From Eledone cirrhosa (taxonomy: Eukaryota): a stretch of 64,000 nt of DNA. Below the pieces are notes generated by a model. That model had not been told where the DNA came from and did no database searches. It saw only the letters and a list, made by a program, of their open reading frames with translations. The translations under genes were made by a program, and so were the position numbers. Shown here in pieces: positions 10,101 to 25,000 of the stretch. The stretch is from positions 122,512,001-122,576,000 of the forward strand of contig OZ024744.1 of assembly GCA_964016885.1 (NCBI GenBank), read 5' to 3'. The stretch's first letter is position 1. Every line of letters begins with the position of its first letter.

Positions 10101-13100
10101 TGAGATGCACTGGAGTCCTGTCCAGGAGAAGTCTTGTACTCTGTCACTTAACACCAATGCCACTAAGACAGACTTTAACCATGTGATGGACTGGTGTCCT
10201 GTCCAGGGCCAAGTCTTGTACTCTGTCACTTAACACGAATGACACGAAGACAGACTTTATCCATGTGATGCACTGGTGTCCTGTCGAGGGAGAAGTCTTG
10301 TACTCTGTCACTTAACACCAATGACACTAAGACAGACTTTAACCATATGATGGACTGGTTTCCTGTCCAGGGGGAAGTCTTGTTCTCTGTCACTTAACCC
10401 CAATGACACTAAGACAGACTTTAACCATGTGATGCACTGGTGTCCTGTCCAGGGGGAAGTTTTGTAATCTGTCACTTAACACCAATGACACTAAGACAGA
10501 CATTATCCATGTGATGCACTGGTGTCCTGTCCAGGGGGAAGTCTTGTACTCTCAGCCACTTAACACTAATGACACTAAGACAGACTTTAACCTTGTGATG
10601 GACTGGTGTCCTGTCCAGGGGGAAGTATTGTACTCTCAGTCACTTAACACCAATGACACTAAGACAGACTTTAACCATGTGATGGACTGGTGTCCTGTCC
10701 AGGAGAAGTCTTGTACTCTCAGTCACTTAACACCAATGACACTAAGACAGACTATAACCATGTGATGGATTGGTGACCTGTCCAGGGACAAGTCTTGTAC
10801 TCTGTCACTGAACACCAATGACACTAAGACAGACTTTAACCTTTTGATGGACTGGTGTTCTGTCCAGGAGAAGTCTTGTACTCTCAGTCACTTAACACCA
10901 ATGACACTAAGACAGGCTCTAAAGATGTGATGGACTGGTGTCCTGTCCAGGGGGAAGTCTTGTACTCTGTCACTTAACACTAATGACACTAAGACAGACA
11001 TTAACCTTGTGAAGGACTGGTGTCCTGTCCCGGGGGAAGTATTGTACTCTCAGTCACTTAACCCCAATGATACTAAGACAGACTTTAACCTTGTGATAGA
11101 CTGGTGTCCTGTCCAGGGGGAAGTATTGTACTCTGTCACTTAACACCAATGACACTAAGATAGACTGTAACCTTGTGATGGACTGGTGTCCTGTCCAGGG
11201 GGAAGTCTTGTACTCTGTCACTTAACACCAATGACACTAAGATGGACTGGTGTCCTGTCCAGGGGGAAGTCTTGTACTCTGTCACTTAACACTAATGACA
11301 CTAAGATAGACTTTAACCTTGTGATGGACTGGTGTCCTGTCCAGGGGCAAGTCTTGTACTCTTTCACTTAACACTAATGACATTAAGACAGACTTTAATA
11401 TTGTGATGGACTGGTGTCCTGTCCCGGGGGAAGTATTGTACTCTCAGTCACTTAACACCAATGACACTAAGACAGACGTTAACCATGTGATGGACTGGCG
11501 TCCTGTCCAGGAGGAAGTCTTGTACTCTGTCACTTAACACCAATGACAATAAGACAGACTTTAACCTTGAGATGCACTGGAGTCCTGTCCAGGAGAAGTC
11601 TTGTACTCTGTCACTTAACACCAATGACACTAAGACAGACTTTAACCATGTGATGGACTGGTGTCCTGTCCAGGGGCAAGTCTTGTACTCTCCGTCACTT
11701 AACACGAATGACACGAAGACAGACTTTATCCATGTGATGCACTGGTGTCCTGTCGAGGGAGAAGTCTTGTACTCTGTCACTTAACACCAATGACACTAAG
11801 ACAGACTTTAACCTTGTGATGCACTGGTGTCCTGTCCAGGGGGAAGTTTTGTAATCTGTCACTTAACACCAATGACACTAAGACAGACATTATCCATGTG
11901 ATGCACTGGTGTCCTGTCCAGGGGGAAGTCTTGTACTCTCAGCCACTTAACACTAATGACACTAAGACAGACTTTAAACTTGTGATGGACTGGTGTCCTG
12001 TCCAGTGGGAAGTATTGTACTCTCAGTCACTTAACACCAATGACACTAAGATAGACTTTAACCATGTAATGGACTGGTGTCCTTTCCAGGGACAAGTCTT
12101 GTACTCTGTCACTTAACACCATGACACTAAGACAGACTTTAGCCTTGTGATGCACTGGTGTCCTGTCCAGGGACAGGTCTTGTACTCTGTCACTTAACAC
12201 CAATGACACTAAGACAGGCTCTAAAGATGTGATGGACTGGTGTCCTGTCCAGGGGGAAGTCTTGTACTCTGTCACTTAACCCCAATGACACTAAGACAGA
12301 CTTTAACCATGTGATGGACTGGTGTCCTGTCCAGGGGGAAGTCTTGTACTCTGTCACTTAACACCAATGACACTAAGACAGACTTTAACCATGTGATGGA
12401 CTGGTGTCCTGTCCAGGGGGAAGTCTTGTACTCTGTCACTTAACCCCAATGACACTAAGACAGACTTTAACCATGTGATGGACTGTTGTCCTGTCCAGGG
12501 GGAAGTCTTGTACTCTGTCATTTAACACCAATGACACTAAGTAAGACTTTAACCTTGTAATGGACTGGTGTCCCGTCCAGGGGGAAGTCTTGTACTCTCA
12601 GCCACGTAACACTAATGACACTAAGACAGACTTTAACCTTGTGATGGACTGGTGTCCTGTCCAGGGGGAAGTATTGTACTCTCAGTCACTTAACACCAAT
12701 GACACTAAGACAGACTTTAACCATGTGATGGACTGGTGTCCTGTCCAGGGGGAAGTTTTGTACTCTGTCACATAACACTAATGACACTAAGACAGACTTT
12801 AACCTTGTGATATGACTGGTGTCCTGTCCAGGGGGAAGTATTGTACTCTGTCACTTAACACCAATGACACTAAGACAGACTTTAACCATGTGATGGACTG
12901 GTGTCCTGTCCAGGGGGAAGTAGTTTTGTACTCTGTCACATAACACTAATGACACTAAGACAGACTTTAACCTTGTGATGGACTGGTGTCCTGTCCAGGG
13001 GGAAGTATTGTACTCTGTCACTTAACACCAATGACACTAAGACAGACTTTAACCATGTGATGGACTGGTGTCCTGTCCAGGGACAAGTCTTGTACTCTGT

Positions 13101-13950
13101 CACTTAACACCAATGACACTAAGACAAACTCTAAACATGCAATGGACTGGTGTCTTGTCCAGGGAGAAGTCTTGTACTCTGTCACTTAACACCAATGACA
13201 CTAAGACAGACTTTAACCTTGTGCTGGACTGGTGTCCTGTCCAGGGACAGGTCTTGTACTTTGTCACTTAACACCAATGACACTAAGACAGACTTTATCC
13301 ATGTGATGCACTGGTGTCCTATCCAGGAGAAGTCTTGTACTCTCCGTCACTTAACACCAATGACACTAAGACAGACTTTAACCTAATGATGCACTGGTGT
13401 CCTGTCAAGGAGGAAGTCTTGTACTCTGTCACTTAAGACCAATGACACTAAGACAGACTTTAACCTTGAGATGCACTGGAGTCCTGTCCAGGAGAAGTCT
13501 TGTACTCTGTCACTTAACACCAATGCCACTAAGACAGACTTTAACCATGTGATGGACTGGTGTCCTGTCCAGGGCCAAGTCTTGTACTCTGTCACTTAAC
13601 ACGAATGACACGAAGACAGACTTTATCCATGTGATGCACTGGTGTCCTGTCGAGGGAGAAGTCTTGTACTCTGTCACTTAACACCAATGACACTAAGACA
13701 GACTTTAACCATATGATGGACTGGTTTCCTGTCCAGGGGGAAGTCTTGTTCTCTGTCACTTAACCCCAATGACACTAAGACAGACTTTAACCATGTGATG
13801 CACTGGTGTCCTGTCCAGGGGGAAGTTTTGTAATCTGTCACTTAACACCAATGACACTAAGACAGACATTATCCATGTGATGCACTGGTGTCCTGTCCAG
13901 GGGGAAGTCTTGTACTCTCAGCCACTTAACACTAATGACACTAAGACAGA
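7150..13950 (+). repeat. Tandem duplication, period 3365/3366 bp (about 41 monomers)
   Basis: ORF-track pairs 7821/11186, 8083/11448 and 9195/12560 (offset 3365), and 9702/13068 (3366). The 3-bp insertion GAAGTAGTTTTG is seen only at 9551 and 12917. Confidence 0.95.
7223..7306 (+). mobile_element. Representative monomer, probably derived from a SINE central domain (MetaSINE-like; the same motif occurs in fish V-SINE/Mermaid 3' regions). Not an intact element.
   Basis: TAACCTTGTGATGGACTGGTGTCCTGTCCAGGGGGAAGTATTGTACTCTCAGTCACTT is collinear with my recollection of the Meta domain (approximately TAACCCTGCGATGGACTAGCATCCCATCCAGGGGGAGTAGAAATACTCCTAGTCGCTT). This is from memory with no database search. 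No tRNA-derived head or A/B boxes are present. Confidence 0.6.
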
Positions 13951-16900
13951 CTTTAAACTTGTGATGTACTGGTGTCCTGTCCAGTGGGAAGTATTGTACT
14001 CTCAGTCACTTAACACCGATGACACTAAGATAGACTTTAACCATGTAATGGACTGGTGTCCTTTCCAGGGACAAGTCTTGTACTCTGTCACTTAACACCA
14101 TGACACTAAGACAGACTTTAGCCTTGTGATGCACTGGTGTCCTGTCCAGGGACAGGTCTTGTACTCTGTCACTTAACACCAATGACACTAAGACAGGCTC
14201 TAAAGATGTGATGGACTGGTGTCCTGTCCAGGGGGAAGTCTTGTACTCTGTCACTTAACCCCAATGACACTAAGACAGACTTTAACCATATGATGTACTG
14301 GTTTCCTGTCCAGGGGGAAGTCTTGTTCTCTGTCACTTAACCCCAATGACACTAAGACAGACTTTAACCATGTGATGGACTGTTGTCCTGTCCAGGGGGA
14401 AGTCTTGTACTCTGTCACTTAACACCAATGACACTAAGTCAGACTTTAACCTTGTAATGGACTGGTGTCCTGTCCAGGGGGAAGTCTTGTACTCTCAGCC
14501 ACTTAACACTAATGACACTAAGACAGACTTTAACCTTGTGATGGACTGGTGTCCTGTCCAGGGGGAAGTATTGTACTCTCAGTCACTTAACACCAATGAC
14601 ACTAAGACAGACTTTAACCATGTGATGGACTGGTGTCCTGTCCAGGAGAAGTCTTGTACTCTCAGTCACTTAACACCAATGACACTAAGACAGACTTTAA
14701 CCATGTGATGGATTGGTGACATGTCCAGGGACAAGTCTTGTACTCTGTCACTGAACACCAATGACACTAAGACAGACTTTAACCTTTTGATGGACTGGTG
14801 TTCTGTCCAGGAGAAGTCTTGTACTCTCAGTCACTTAACACCAATGACACTAAGACAGGCTCTAAAGATGTGATGGACTGGTGTCCTGTCCAGGGGGAAG
14901 TCTTGTACTCTGTCACTTAACACTAATGACACTAAGACAGACATTAACCTTGTGAAGGACTGGTGTCCTGTCCCGGGGGAAGTATTGTACTCTCAGTCAC
15001 TTAACCCCAATGATACTAAGACAGACTTTAACCTTGTGATAGACTGGTGTCCTGTCCAGGGGGAAGTATTGTACTCTGTCACTTAACACCAATGACACTA
15101 AGATAGACTGTAACCTTGTGATGGACTGGTGTCCTGTCCAGGGGGAAGTCTTGTACTCTGTCACTTAACACCAATGACACTAAGATGGACTGGTGTCCTG
15201 TCCAGGGGGAAGTCTTGTACTCTGTCACTTAACACTAATGACACTAAGATAGACTTTAACCTTGTGATGGACTGGTGTCCTGTCCAGGGGCAAGTCTTGT
15301 ACTCTTTCACTTAACACTAATGACATTAAGACAGACTTTAACATTGTGATGGACTGGTGTCCTGTCCCGGGGGAAGTATTGTACTCTCAGTCACTTAACA
15401 CCAATGACAATAAGACAGACGTTAACCATGTGATGGACTGGCGTCCTGTCCAGGAGGAAGTCTTGTACTCTGTCACTTAACACCAATGACACTAAGACAG
15501 ACTTTAACCTTGAGATGCACTGGAGTCCTGTCCAGGAGAAGTCTTGTACTCTGTCACTTAACACCAATGACACTAAGACAGACTTTAACCATGTGATGGA
15601 CTGGTGTCCTGTCCAGGGGCAAGTCTTGTACTCTCCGTCACTTAACACGAATGACACGAAGACAGACTTTATCCATGTGATGCACTGGTGTCCTGTCGAG
15701 GGAGAAGTCTTGTACTCTGTCACTTAACACCAATGACACTAAGACAGACTTTCACCTTGTGATGCACTGGTGTCCTGTCCAGGGGGAAGTTTTGTAATCT
15801 ATCACTTAACACCAATGACACTAAGACAGACATTATCCATGTGATGCACTGGTGTCCTGTCCAGGGGGAAGTCTTGTACTCTCAGCCACTTAACACTAAT
15901 GACACTAAGACAGACTTTAAACTTGTGATGGACTGGTGTCCTGTCCAGTGGGAAGTATTGTATTCTCAGTCACTTAACACCAATGACACTAAGATAGACT
16001 TTAACCATGTAATGGACTGGTGTCCTTTCCAGGGACAAGTCTTGTACTCTGTCACTTAACACCATGACACTAAGACAGACTTTAGCCTTGTGATGCACTG
16101 GTGTCCTGTCCAGGGACAGGTCTTGTACTCTGTCACTTAACACCAATGACACTAAGACAGGCTCTAAAGATGTGATGGACTGGTGTCCTGTCCAGGGGGA
16201 AGTCTTGTACTCTGTCACTTAACCCCAATGACACTAAGACAGACTTTAACCATGTGATGGACTGGTGTCCTGTCCAGGGGGAAGTCTTGTACTCTGTCAC
16301 TTAACACCAATGACACTAAGACAGACTTTAACCATGTGATGGACTGGTGTCCTGTCCAGGGGGAAGTCTTGTACTCTGTCATTTAACACCAATGACACTA
16401 AGTAAGACTTTAACCTTGTAATGGACTGGTGTCCTGTCCAGGGGGAAGTCTTGTACTCTCAGCCACGTAACACTAATGACACTAAGACAGACTTTAACCT
16501 TGTGATGGACTGGTGTCCTGTCCAGGGGGAAGTATTGTACTCTCAGTCACTTAACACCAATGACACTAAGACAGACTTTAACCATGTGATGGACTGGTGT
16601 CCTGTCCAGGGGGAAGGTTTGTACTCTGTCACATAACACTAATGACACTAAGACAGACTTTAACCTTGTGATGGACTGGTGTCCTGTCCAGGGGGAAGTA
16701 TTGTACTCTGTCACTTAACACCAATGACACTAAGACAGACTTTAACCATGTGATGGACTGGTGTCCTGTCCAGGGGGAAGTTTTGTACTCTGTCACATAA
16801 CACTAATGACACTAAGACAGACTTTAACCTTGTGATGGACTGGTGTCCTGTCCAGGGGGAAGTATTGTACTCTGTCACTTAACACCAATGACACTAAGAC

Positions 16901-17019
16901 AGACTTTAACCATGTGATGGACTGGTGTCCTGTCCAGGGACAAGTCTTGTACTCTGTCACTTAACACCAATGACACTAAGACAGACTTTAACCTTATGAT
17001 GCACTGGTGTCCTGTCAAG

Positions 17020-20000
17020 GAGGAAGTCTTGTACTCTGTCACTTAAGACCAATGACACTAAGACAGACTTTAACCTTGAGATGCACTGGAGTCCTGTCCA
17101 GGAGAAGTCTTGTACTCTGTCACTTAACACCAATGCCACTAAGACAGACTTTAACCATGTGATGGACTGGTGTCCTGTCAAGGGCCAAGTCTTGTACTCT
17201 GTCACTTAACACGAATGACACGAAGACAGACTTTATCCATGTGATGCACTGGTGACCTGTCGAGGGAGAAGTCTTGTACTCTGTCACTTAACACCAATGA
17301 CACTAAGACAGACTTTAACCTTGTGATGCACTGGTGTCCTGTCCAGGGGGAAGTTTTGTAATCTGTCACTTAACACCAATGACACTAAGACAGACATTAT
17401 CCATGTGATGCACTGGTGTCCTGTCCAGGGGGAAGTATTGTACTCTCAGCCACTTAACACTAATGACACTAAGACAGACTTTAAACTTGTGATGGACTGG
17501 TGTCCTGTCCAGTGGGAAGTCTTGTACTCTCAGTCACTTAACACCGATGACACTAAGATAGACTTTAACCATGTAATGGACTGGTGTCCTTTCCAGGGAC
17601 AAGTCTTGTACTCTGTCACTTAACACCATGACACTAAGACAGACTTTAGCCTTGTGATGCACTGGTGTCCTGTCCAGGGACAGGTCTTGTACTCTGTCAC
17701 TTAACACCAATGACACTAAGACAGGCTCTAAAGATGTGATGGACTGGTGTCCTGTCCAGGGGGAAGTCTTGTACTCTGTCACTTAACCCCAATGACACTA
17801 AGACAGACTTTAACCATATGATGGACTGGTGTCCTGTCCAGGGGGAAGTCTTGTACTCTGTCACTTAACACCAATGACACTAAGACAGACTTTAACCATG
17901 TGATGGACTGGTGTCCTGTCCAGAGGGAAGTCTTGTACTCTGTCACTTAACACCAATGACACTAAGACCAACTTTAACCATGTGATGGACTGGTGTCCTG
18001 TCCAGGGGGAAGTCTTGTTCTCTGTCACTTAACCCCAATGACACTAAGACAGACTTTAACCATGTGATGGACTGTTGTCCTGTCCAGGGGGAAGTCTTGT
18101 ACTCTGTCACTTAACACCAATGACACTAAGTCAGACTTTAACCTTGTAATGGACTGGTGTCCTGTCCAGGGGGAAGTCTTGTACTCTCAGCCACTTAACA
18201 CTAATGACACTAAGACAGACTTTAACCTTGTGATGGACTGGTGTCCTGTCCAGGGGGAAGTATTGTACTCTCAGTCACTTAACACCAATGATACTAAGAC
18301 AGACTTTAACCATGTGATGGACTGGTGTCCAGTCCAGGAGAAGTCTTGTACTCTCAGTCACTTAACACCAATGACACTAAGACAGACTATAACCATGTGA
18401 TGGATTGGTGACCTGTCCAGGGACAAGTCTTGTACTCTGTCACTGAACACCAATGACACTAAGACAGACTTTAACCTTTTGATGGACTGGTGTTCTGTCC
18501 AGGAGAAGTCTTGTACTCTCAGTCACTTAACACCAATGACACTAAGACAGGCTCTAAAGATGTGATGGACTGGTGTCCTGTCCAGGGGGAAGTCTTGTAC
18601 TCTGTCACTTAACACTAATGACACTAAGACAGACTTTAACCTTGTGATGGACTGGTGTCCTGTCCCGGGGGAAGTATTGTACTCTCAGTCACTTAACCCC
18701 AATGATACTAAGACAGACTTTAACCTTGTGATAGACTGGTGTCCTGTCCAGGGGGAAGTATTGTACTCTGTCACTTAACACCAATGACACTAAGATAGAC
18801 TGTAACCTTGTGATGGACTGGTGTCCTGTCCAGGGGGAAGTCTTGTACTCTGTCACTTAACACCAATGACACTAAGATGGACTGGTGTCCTGTCCAGGGG
18901 GAAGTCTTGTACTCTGTCACTTAAGACCAATGACACTAAGACAGACTTTAACCTTGAGATGCACTGGAGTCCTGTCCAGGAGAAGTCTTGTACTCTGTCA
19001 CTTAACACCAATGCCACTAAGACAGACTTTAACCATGTGATGGACTGGTGTCCTGTCAAGGGCCAAGTCTTGTACTCTGTCACTTAACACGAATGACACG
19101 AAGACAGACTTTATCCATGTGATGCACTGGTGTCCTGTCGAGGGAGAAGTCTTGTACTCTGTCACTTAACACCAATGACACTAAGACAGACTTTAACCTT
19201 GTGATGCACTGGTGTCCTGTCCAGGGGGAAGTTTTGTAATCTGTCACTTAACACCAATGACACTAAGACAGACATTATCCATGTGATGCACTGGTGTCCT
19301 GTCCAGGGGGAAGTATTGTACTCTCAGCCACTTAACACTAATGACACTAAGACAGACTTTAAACTTGTGATGGACTGGTGTCCTGTCCAGTGGGAAGTCT
19401 TGTACTCTCAGTCACTTAACACCGATGACACTAAGATAGACTTTAACCATGTAATGGACTGGTGTCCTTTCCAGGGACAAGTCTTGTACTCTGTCACTTA
19501 ACACCATGACACTAAGACAGACTTTAGCCTTGTGATGCACTGGTGTCCTGTCCAGGGACAGGTCTTGTACTCTGTCACTTAACACCAATGACACTAAGAC
19601 AGGCTCTAAAGATGTGATGGACTGGTGTCCTGTCCAGGGGGAAGTCTTGTACTCTGTCACTTAACCCCAATGACACTAAGACAGACTTTAACCATATGAT
19701 GGACTGGTGTCCTGTCCAGGGGGAAGTCTTGTACTCTGTCACTTAACACCAATGACACTAAGACAGACTTTAACCATGTGATGGACTGGTGTCCTGTCCA
19801 GGGGGAAGTCTTGTACTCTGTCACTTAACACCAATGACACTAAGACAGACTTTAACCATGTGATGGACTGGTGTCCTGTCCAGGGGGAAGTCTTGTTCTC
19901 TGTCACTTAACCCCAATGACACTAAGACAGACTTTAACCATGTGATGGACTGTTGTCCTGTCCAGGGGGAAGTCTTGTACTCTGTCACTTAACACCAATG

Positions 20001-20800
20001 ACACTAAGTCAGACTTTAACCTTGTAATGGACTGGTGTCCTGTCCAGGGGGAAGTCTTGTACTCTCAGCCACTTAACACTAATGACACTAAGACAGACTT
20101 TAACCTTGTGATGGACTGGTGTCCTGTCCAGGGGGAAGTATTGTACTCTCAGTCACTTAACACCAATGACACTAAGACAGACTTTAACCATGTGATGGAC
20201 TGGTGTCCTGTCCAGGAGAAGTCTTGTACTCTCAGTCACTTAACACCAATGACACTAAGACAGACTATAACCATGTGATGGATTGGTGACCTGTCCAGGG
20301 ACAAGTCTTGTACTCTGTCACTGAACACCAATGACACTAAGAGAGACTTTAACCTTTTGATGGACTGGTGTTCTGTCCAGGAGAAGTCTTGTACTCTCAG
20401 TCACTTAACACCAATGACACTAAGACAGGCTCTAAAGATGTGATGGACTGGTGTCCTGTCCAGGGGGAAGTCTTGTACTCTGTCAGTTAACACTAATGAC
20501 ACTAAGACAGACTTTAACCTTGTGATGGACTGGTGTCCTGTCCCGGGGGAAGTATTGTACTCTCAGTCACTTAACCCCAATGATACTAAGACAGACTTTA
20601 ACCTTGTGATAGACTGGTGTCCTGTCCAGGGGGAAGTATTGTACTCTGTCACTTAACACCAATGACACTAAGATAGACTGTAACCTTGTGATGGACGGGT
20701 GTCCTGTCCAGGGGGAAGTCTTGTACTCTGTCACTTAACACCAATGACACTAAGATGGACTGGTGTCCTGTCCAGGGGGAAGTCTTGTACTCTGTCACTT
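17020..20800 (+). repeat. Tandem duplication, period 1878 bp (about 23 monomers)
   Basis: Pairs 17405/19283, 17534/19412, 18149/20027 and 18821/20699. Marker ACTTAAGACC at 17041 and 18919. Confidence 0.93.
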
Positions 20801-22004
20801 AACACTAATGACACTAAGATAGACTTTAACCTTGTGATGGACTGGTGTCCTGTCCAGGGGCAAGTCTTGTACTCTTTCACTTAACACTAATGACATTAAG
20901 ACAGACTTTAACATTGTGATGGACTGGTGTCCTGTCCCGGGGGAAGTATTGTACTCTCAGTCAATTAACACCAATGACAATAAGACAGACGTTAACCATG
21001 TGATGGACTGGCGTCCTGTCCAGGAGGAAGTCTTGTACTCTGTCACTTAACACCAATGACACTAAGACAGACTTTAACCTTGTGATGGACTGGTGTCCTG
21101 TCCAATGGGAAGTATTGTACTCTGTCACTTAACACTAATGACATTAAGACAGACTTTAACATTGTGATGGACTGGTGTCCTGCCCCAGGGGAAGTATTGT
21201 ACTCTCAGTCACTTAACACCAATGACACTAAGACAGACTTTATCCATGTGATGCACTGGTGTCCTATCCAGGAGAAGTCTTGTACTCTCCGTCACTTAAC
21301 ACCAATGACACTAAGACAGAGTTTAACCATGTGATGGACTGGTGTCCTGTCCAGGGGGAAGTCTTGTACTGTATCACTTAACACCAATGACACTAAGACA
21401 GAGTTTAACCATGTGATGGACTAGTGTCCTGTCCAGGGGGAAGTCTTGTACTGTATCACTTAACACCAATGCCACTAAGACAGACTTTAACTTTGTGATG
21501 GATTGATGTCCTGTCCAGGGACAAGTCTTGTACTCTGTCACTTAACCCCAATGTAACTAAGACAGACTTTAACCATGTGATGGACTGGCGTCCTGTCAAG
21601 GAGGAAGTCTTGTACTCTGTCACTTAACACCAATGACACTAGGACAGACTTTAAGCTTGTGATGCACTGGTGTCCTGTCCAGGGGGAAGTCTTGTAATCT
21701 GTCACTTAACACCAATGACACTAAGACAGACTTTATCCATGTGATTGACTGGTGTCCTGTCCAGGGGGAAGTCTTGTACTCTGTCACTTAACACCAATGA
21801 CACTAAGACAGACTTTAACCATGTGATGGACTGGTGTCCTGTCCAGCGGGAAGTCTTGTACTCTCAGTCACTTAACACCAATGACACTAAGACAGACTTT
21901 AACAATGTGATGGACTGGTGTCCTGTCCAGGGACAAGTCTTGTACTCTGTCACTTAACACCAATGACACTAAGACAAATTCTAAACATGCAATGGACTGG
22001 TGTC

Positions 22005-25000
22005 TTGTCCAGGGGAAAGTCTTGTACTCTGTCACTTAACACCAATGACACTAAGACAGACTTTATCCATGTGATGCACTGGTGTCCTGTCCAGGAGAAG
22101 TCTTGTACTCTGTCACTTAACACCAATGACACTAAGACAGACTTTAACCATGTGATGGACTGGTGTCCTGTCCAGGGGCAAGTCTTGTACTCTCCGTCAC
22201 TTAACACGAATGACACGAAGACAGACTTTATCCATGTGATGCACTGGTGTCCTGTCCAGGGAGAAGTCTTGTACTCTGTCACTTAACACCAATGACACTA
22301 AGACAGACTTTAACCTTGTGATGCACTGGTGTCCTGTCGAGGGGGAAGTCTTGTACTCTGTCACTTAACACCAATGACACTAAGACAGACTTTAACCTTG
22401 TGATGCACTGGTGTCCTGTCCAGGGGGAAGTTTTGTAATCTGTCACTTAACACCAATGACACTAAGACAGACATTATCCATGTGATGCACTGGTGTCCTG
22501 TCCAGGGGGAAGTCTTGTACTCTCAGCCACTTAACACTAATGACACTAAGACAGACTTTAAACTTGTGATGGACTGGTGTCCTGTCCAGTGGGAAGTATT
22601 GTACTCTCAGTCACTTAACACCAATGACACTAAGATAGACTTTAACCATGTAATGGACTGGTGTCCTGTCCAGGGGGAAGTCTTGTACTCTGTCACTTAA
22701 CACCAATGACACTAAGACAGACTTTAACCATGTGATGGACTGGTGTCCTGTCCAGGGGGAAGTCTTGTACTCTGTCACTTAACACCATGACACTAAGACA
22801 GACTTTAGCCTTGTGATGCACTGGTGTCCTGTCCAGGGACAGGTCTTGTACTCTGTCACTTAACACCAATGACACTAAGACAGGCTCTAAAGATGTGATG
22901 GACTGGTGTCCTGTCCAGGGGGAAGTCTTGTACTCTGTCACTTAACCCCAATGACACTAAGACAGACTTTAACCATGTGATGGACTGGTGTCCTGTCCAG
23001 GGGGAAGTCTTGTACTCTGTCACTTAACACCAATGACACTAAGACAGACTTTAACCATGTGATGGACTGTTGTCCTGTCCAGGGGGAAGTCTTGTACTCT
23101 GTCATTTAACACCAATGACACTAAGTAAGACTTTAACCTTGTAATGGACTGGTGTCCTGTCCAGGGGGAAGTCTTGTACTCTCAGCCACTTAACACTAAT
23201 GACACTAAGACAGACTTTAATCTTGTGATGGACTGGTGTCCTGTCCAGGGGGAAGTATTGTACTCTGTCACTTAACACCAATGACACTAAGACAGACTTT
23301 AACCATGTGATGGACTGGTGTCCTGTCCAGGGGGAAGTCTTGTACTCTGTCACTTAAAACCAATGACACTAAGACAGACTTTAACCATGTGATGGACTGG
23401 TGTCCTGTCCAGGGGGAAGTCTTGTACTCTGTCACTTAACCCCAATGACACTAAGACAGACTTTAGCCATGTGATGGACTGTTGTCCTGTCCAGGGGAAA
23501 GTCTTGTACTCTGTCATTTAACACCAATGACACTAAGTAAGACTTTAACCTTGTAATGGACTGGTATCCTGTCCAGGGGGAAGTCTTGTACTCTCAGCCA
23601 CTTAACACTAATGACACTAAGACAGACTTTAACCTTGTGATGGACTGGTGTCCTGTCCAGGGGGAAGTATTGTACTCTCAGTCACTTAACACCAATGACA
23701 CTAAGACAGACTTTAACCATGTGATGGACTGGTGTCCTGTCCAGGGGAAGTCTTGTACTCTCAGTCACTTAACACCAATGACACTAAGACAGACTATAAC
23801 CATGTGATGGATTGGTGACCTGTCCAGGGACAAGTCTTGTACTCTGTCACTGAACACCAATGACACTAAGACAGACTTTAACCTTTTGATGGACTGGTGT
23901 TCTGTCTAGGAGAAGTCTTGTACTCTCAGTCACTTAACACCAATGACACTAAGACAGGCTCTAAAGATGTGATGGACTGGTGTCCTGTCCAGGGGAAAGT
24001 CTTGTACTCTGTCACTTAACACCAATGACACTAAGACAGACTTTATCCATGTGATGCACTGGTGTCCTGTCCAGGAGAAGTCTTGTACTCTGTCACTTAA
24101 CACCAATGACACTAAGACAGACTTTAACCATGTGATGGACTGGTGTCCTGTCCAGGGGCAAGTCTTGTACTCTCCGTCACTTAACACGAATGACACGAAG
24201 ACAGACTTTATCCATGTGATGCACTGGTGTCCTGTCCAGGGAGAAGTCTTGTACTCTGTCACTTAACACCAATGACACTAAGACAGACTTTAACCTTGTG
24301 ATGCACTGGTGTCCTGTCGAGGGGGAAGTCTTGTACTCTGTCACTTAACACCAATGACACTAAGACAGACTTTAACCTTGTGATGCACTGGTGTCCTGTC
24401 CAGGGGGAAGTTTTGTAATCTGTCACTTAACACCAATGACACTAAGACAGACATTATCCATGTGATGCACTGGTGTCCTGTCCAGGGGGAAGTCTTGTAC
24501 TCTCAGCCACTTAACACTAATGACACTAAGACAGACTTTAAACTTGTGATGGACTGGTGTCCTGTCCAGTGGGAAGTATTGTACTCTCAGTCACTTAACA
24601 CCAATGACACTAAGATAGACTTTAACCATGTAATGGACTGGTGTCCTGTCCAGGGGGAAGTCTTGTACTCTGTCACTTAACACCAATGACACTAAGACAG
24701 ACTTTAACCATGTGATGGACTGGTGTCCTGTCCAGGGGGAAGTCTTGTACTCTGTCACTTAACACCATGACACTAAGACAGACTTTAGCCTTGTGATGCA
24801 CTGGTGTCCTGTCCAGGGACAGGTCTTGTACTCTGTCACTTAACACCAATGACACTAAGACAGGCTCTAAAGATGTGATGGACTGGTGTCCTGTCCAGGA
24901 GGAAGTCTTGTACTCTGTCACTTAACCCCAATGACACTAAGACAGACTTTAACCATGTGATGGACTGGTGTCCTGTCCAGGGGGAAGTCTTGTACTCTGT

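Noticed and set aside
21361-21380. TGTACTGTA shared with the 25-bp satellite, suggesting exchange or common origin
   Set aside because: The match is only 9 bp and is reachable by two substitutions from the 82-bp consensus. No further similarity was seen.
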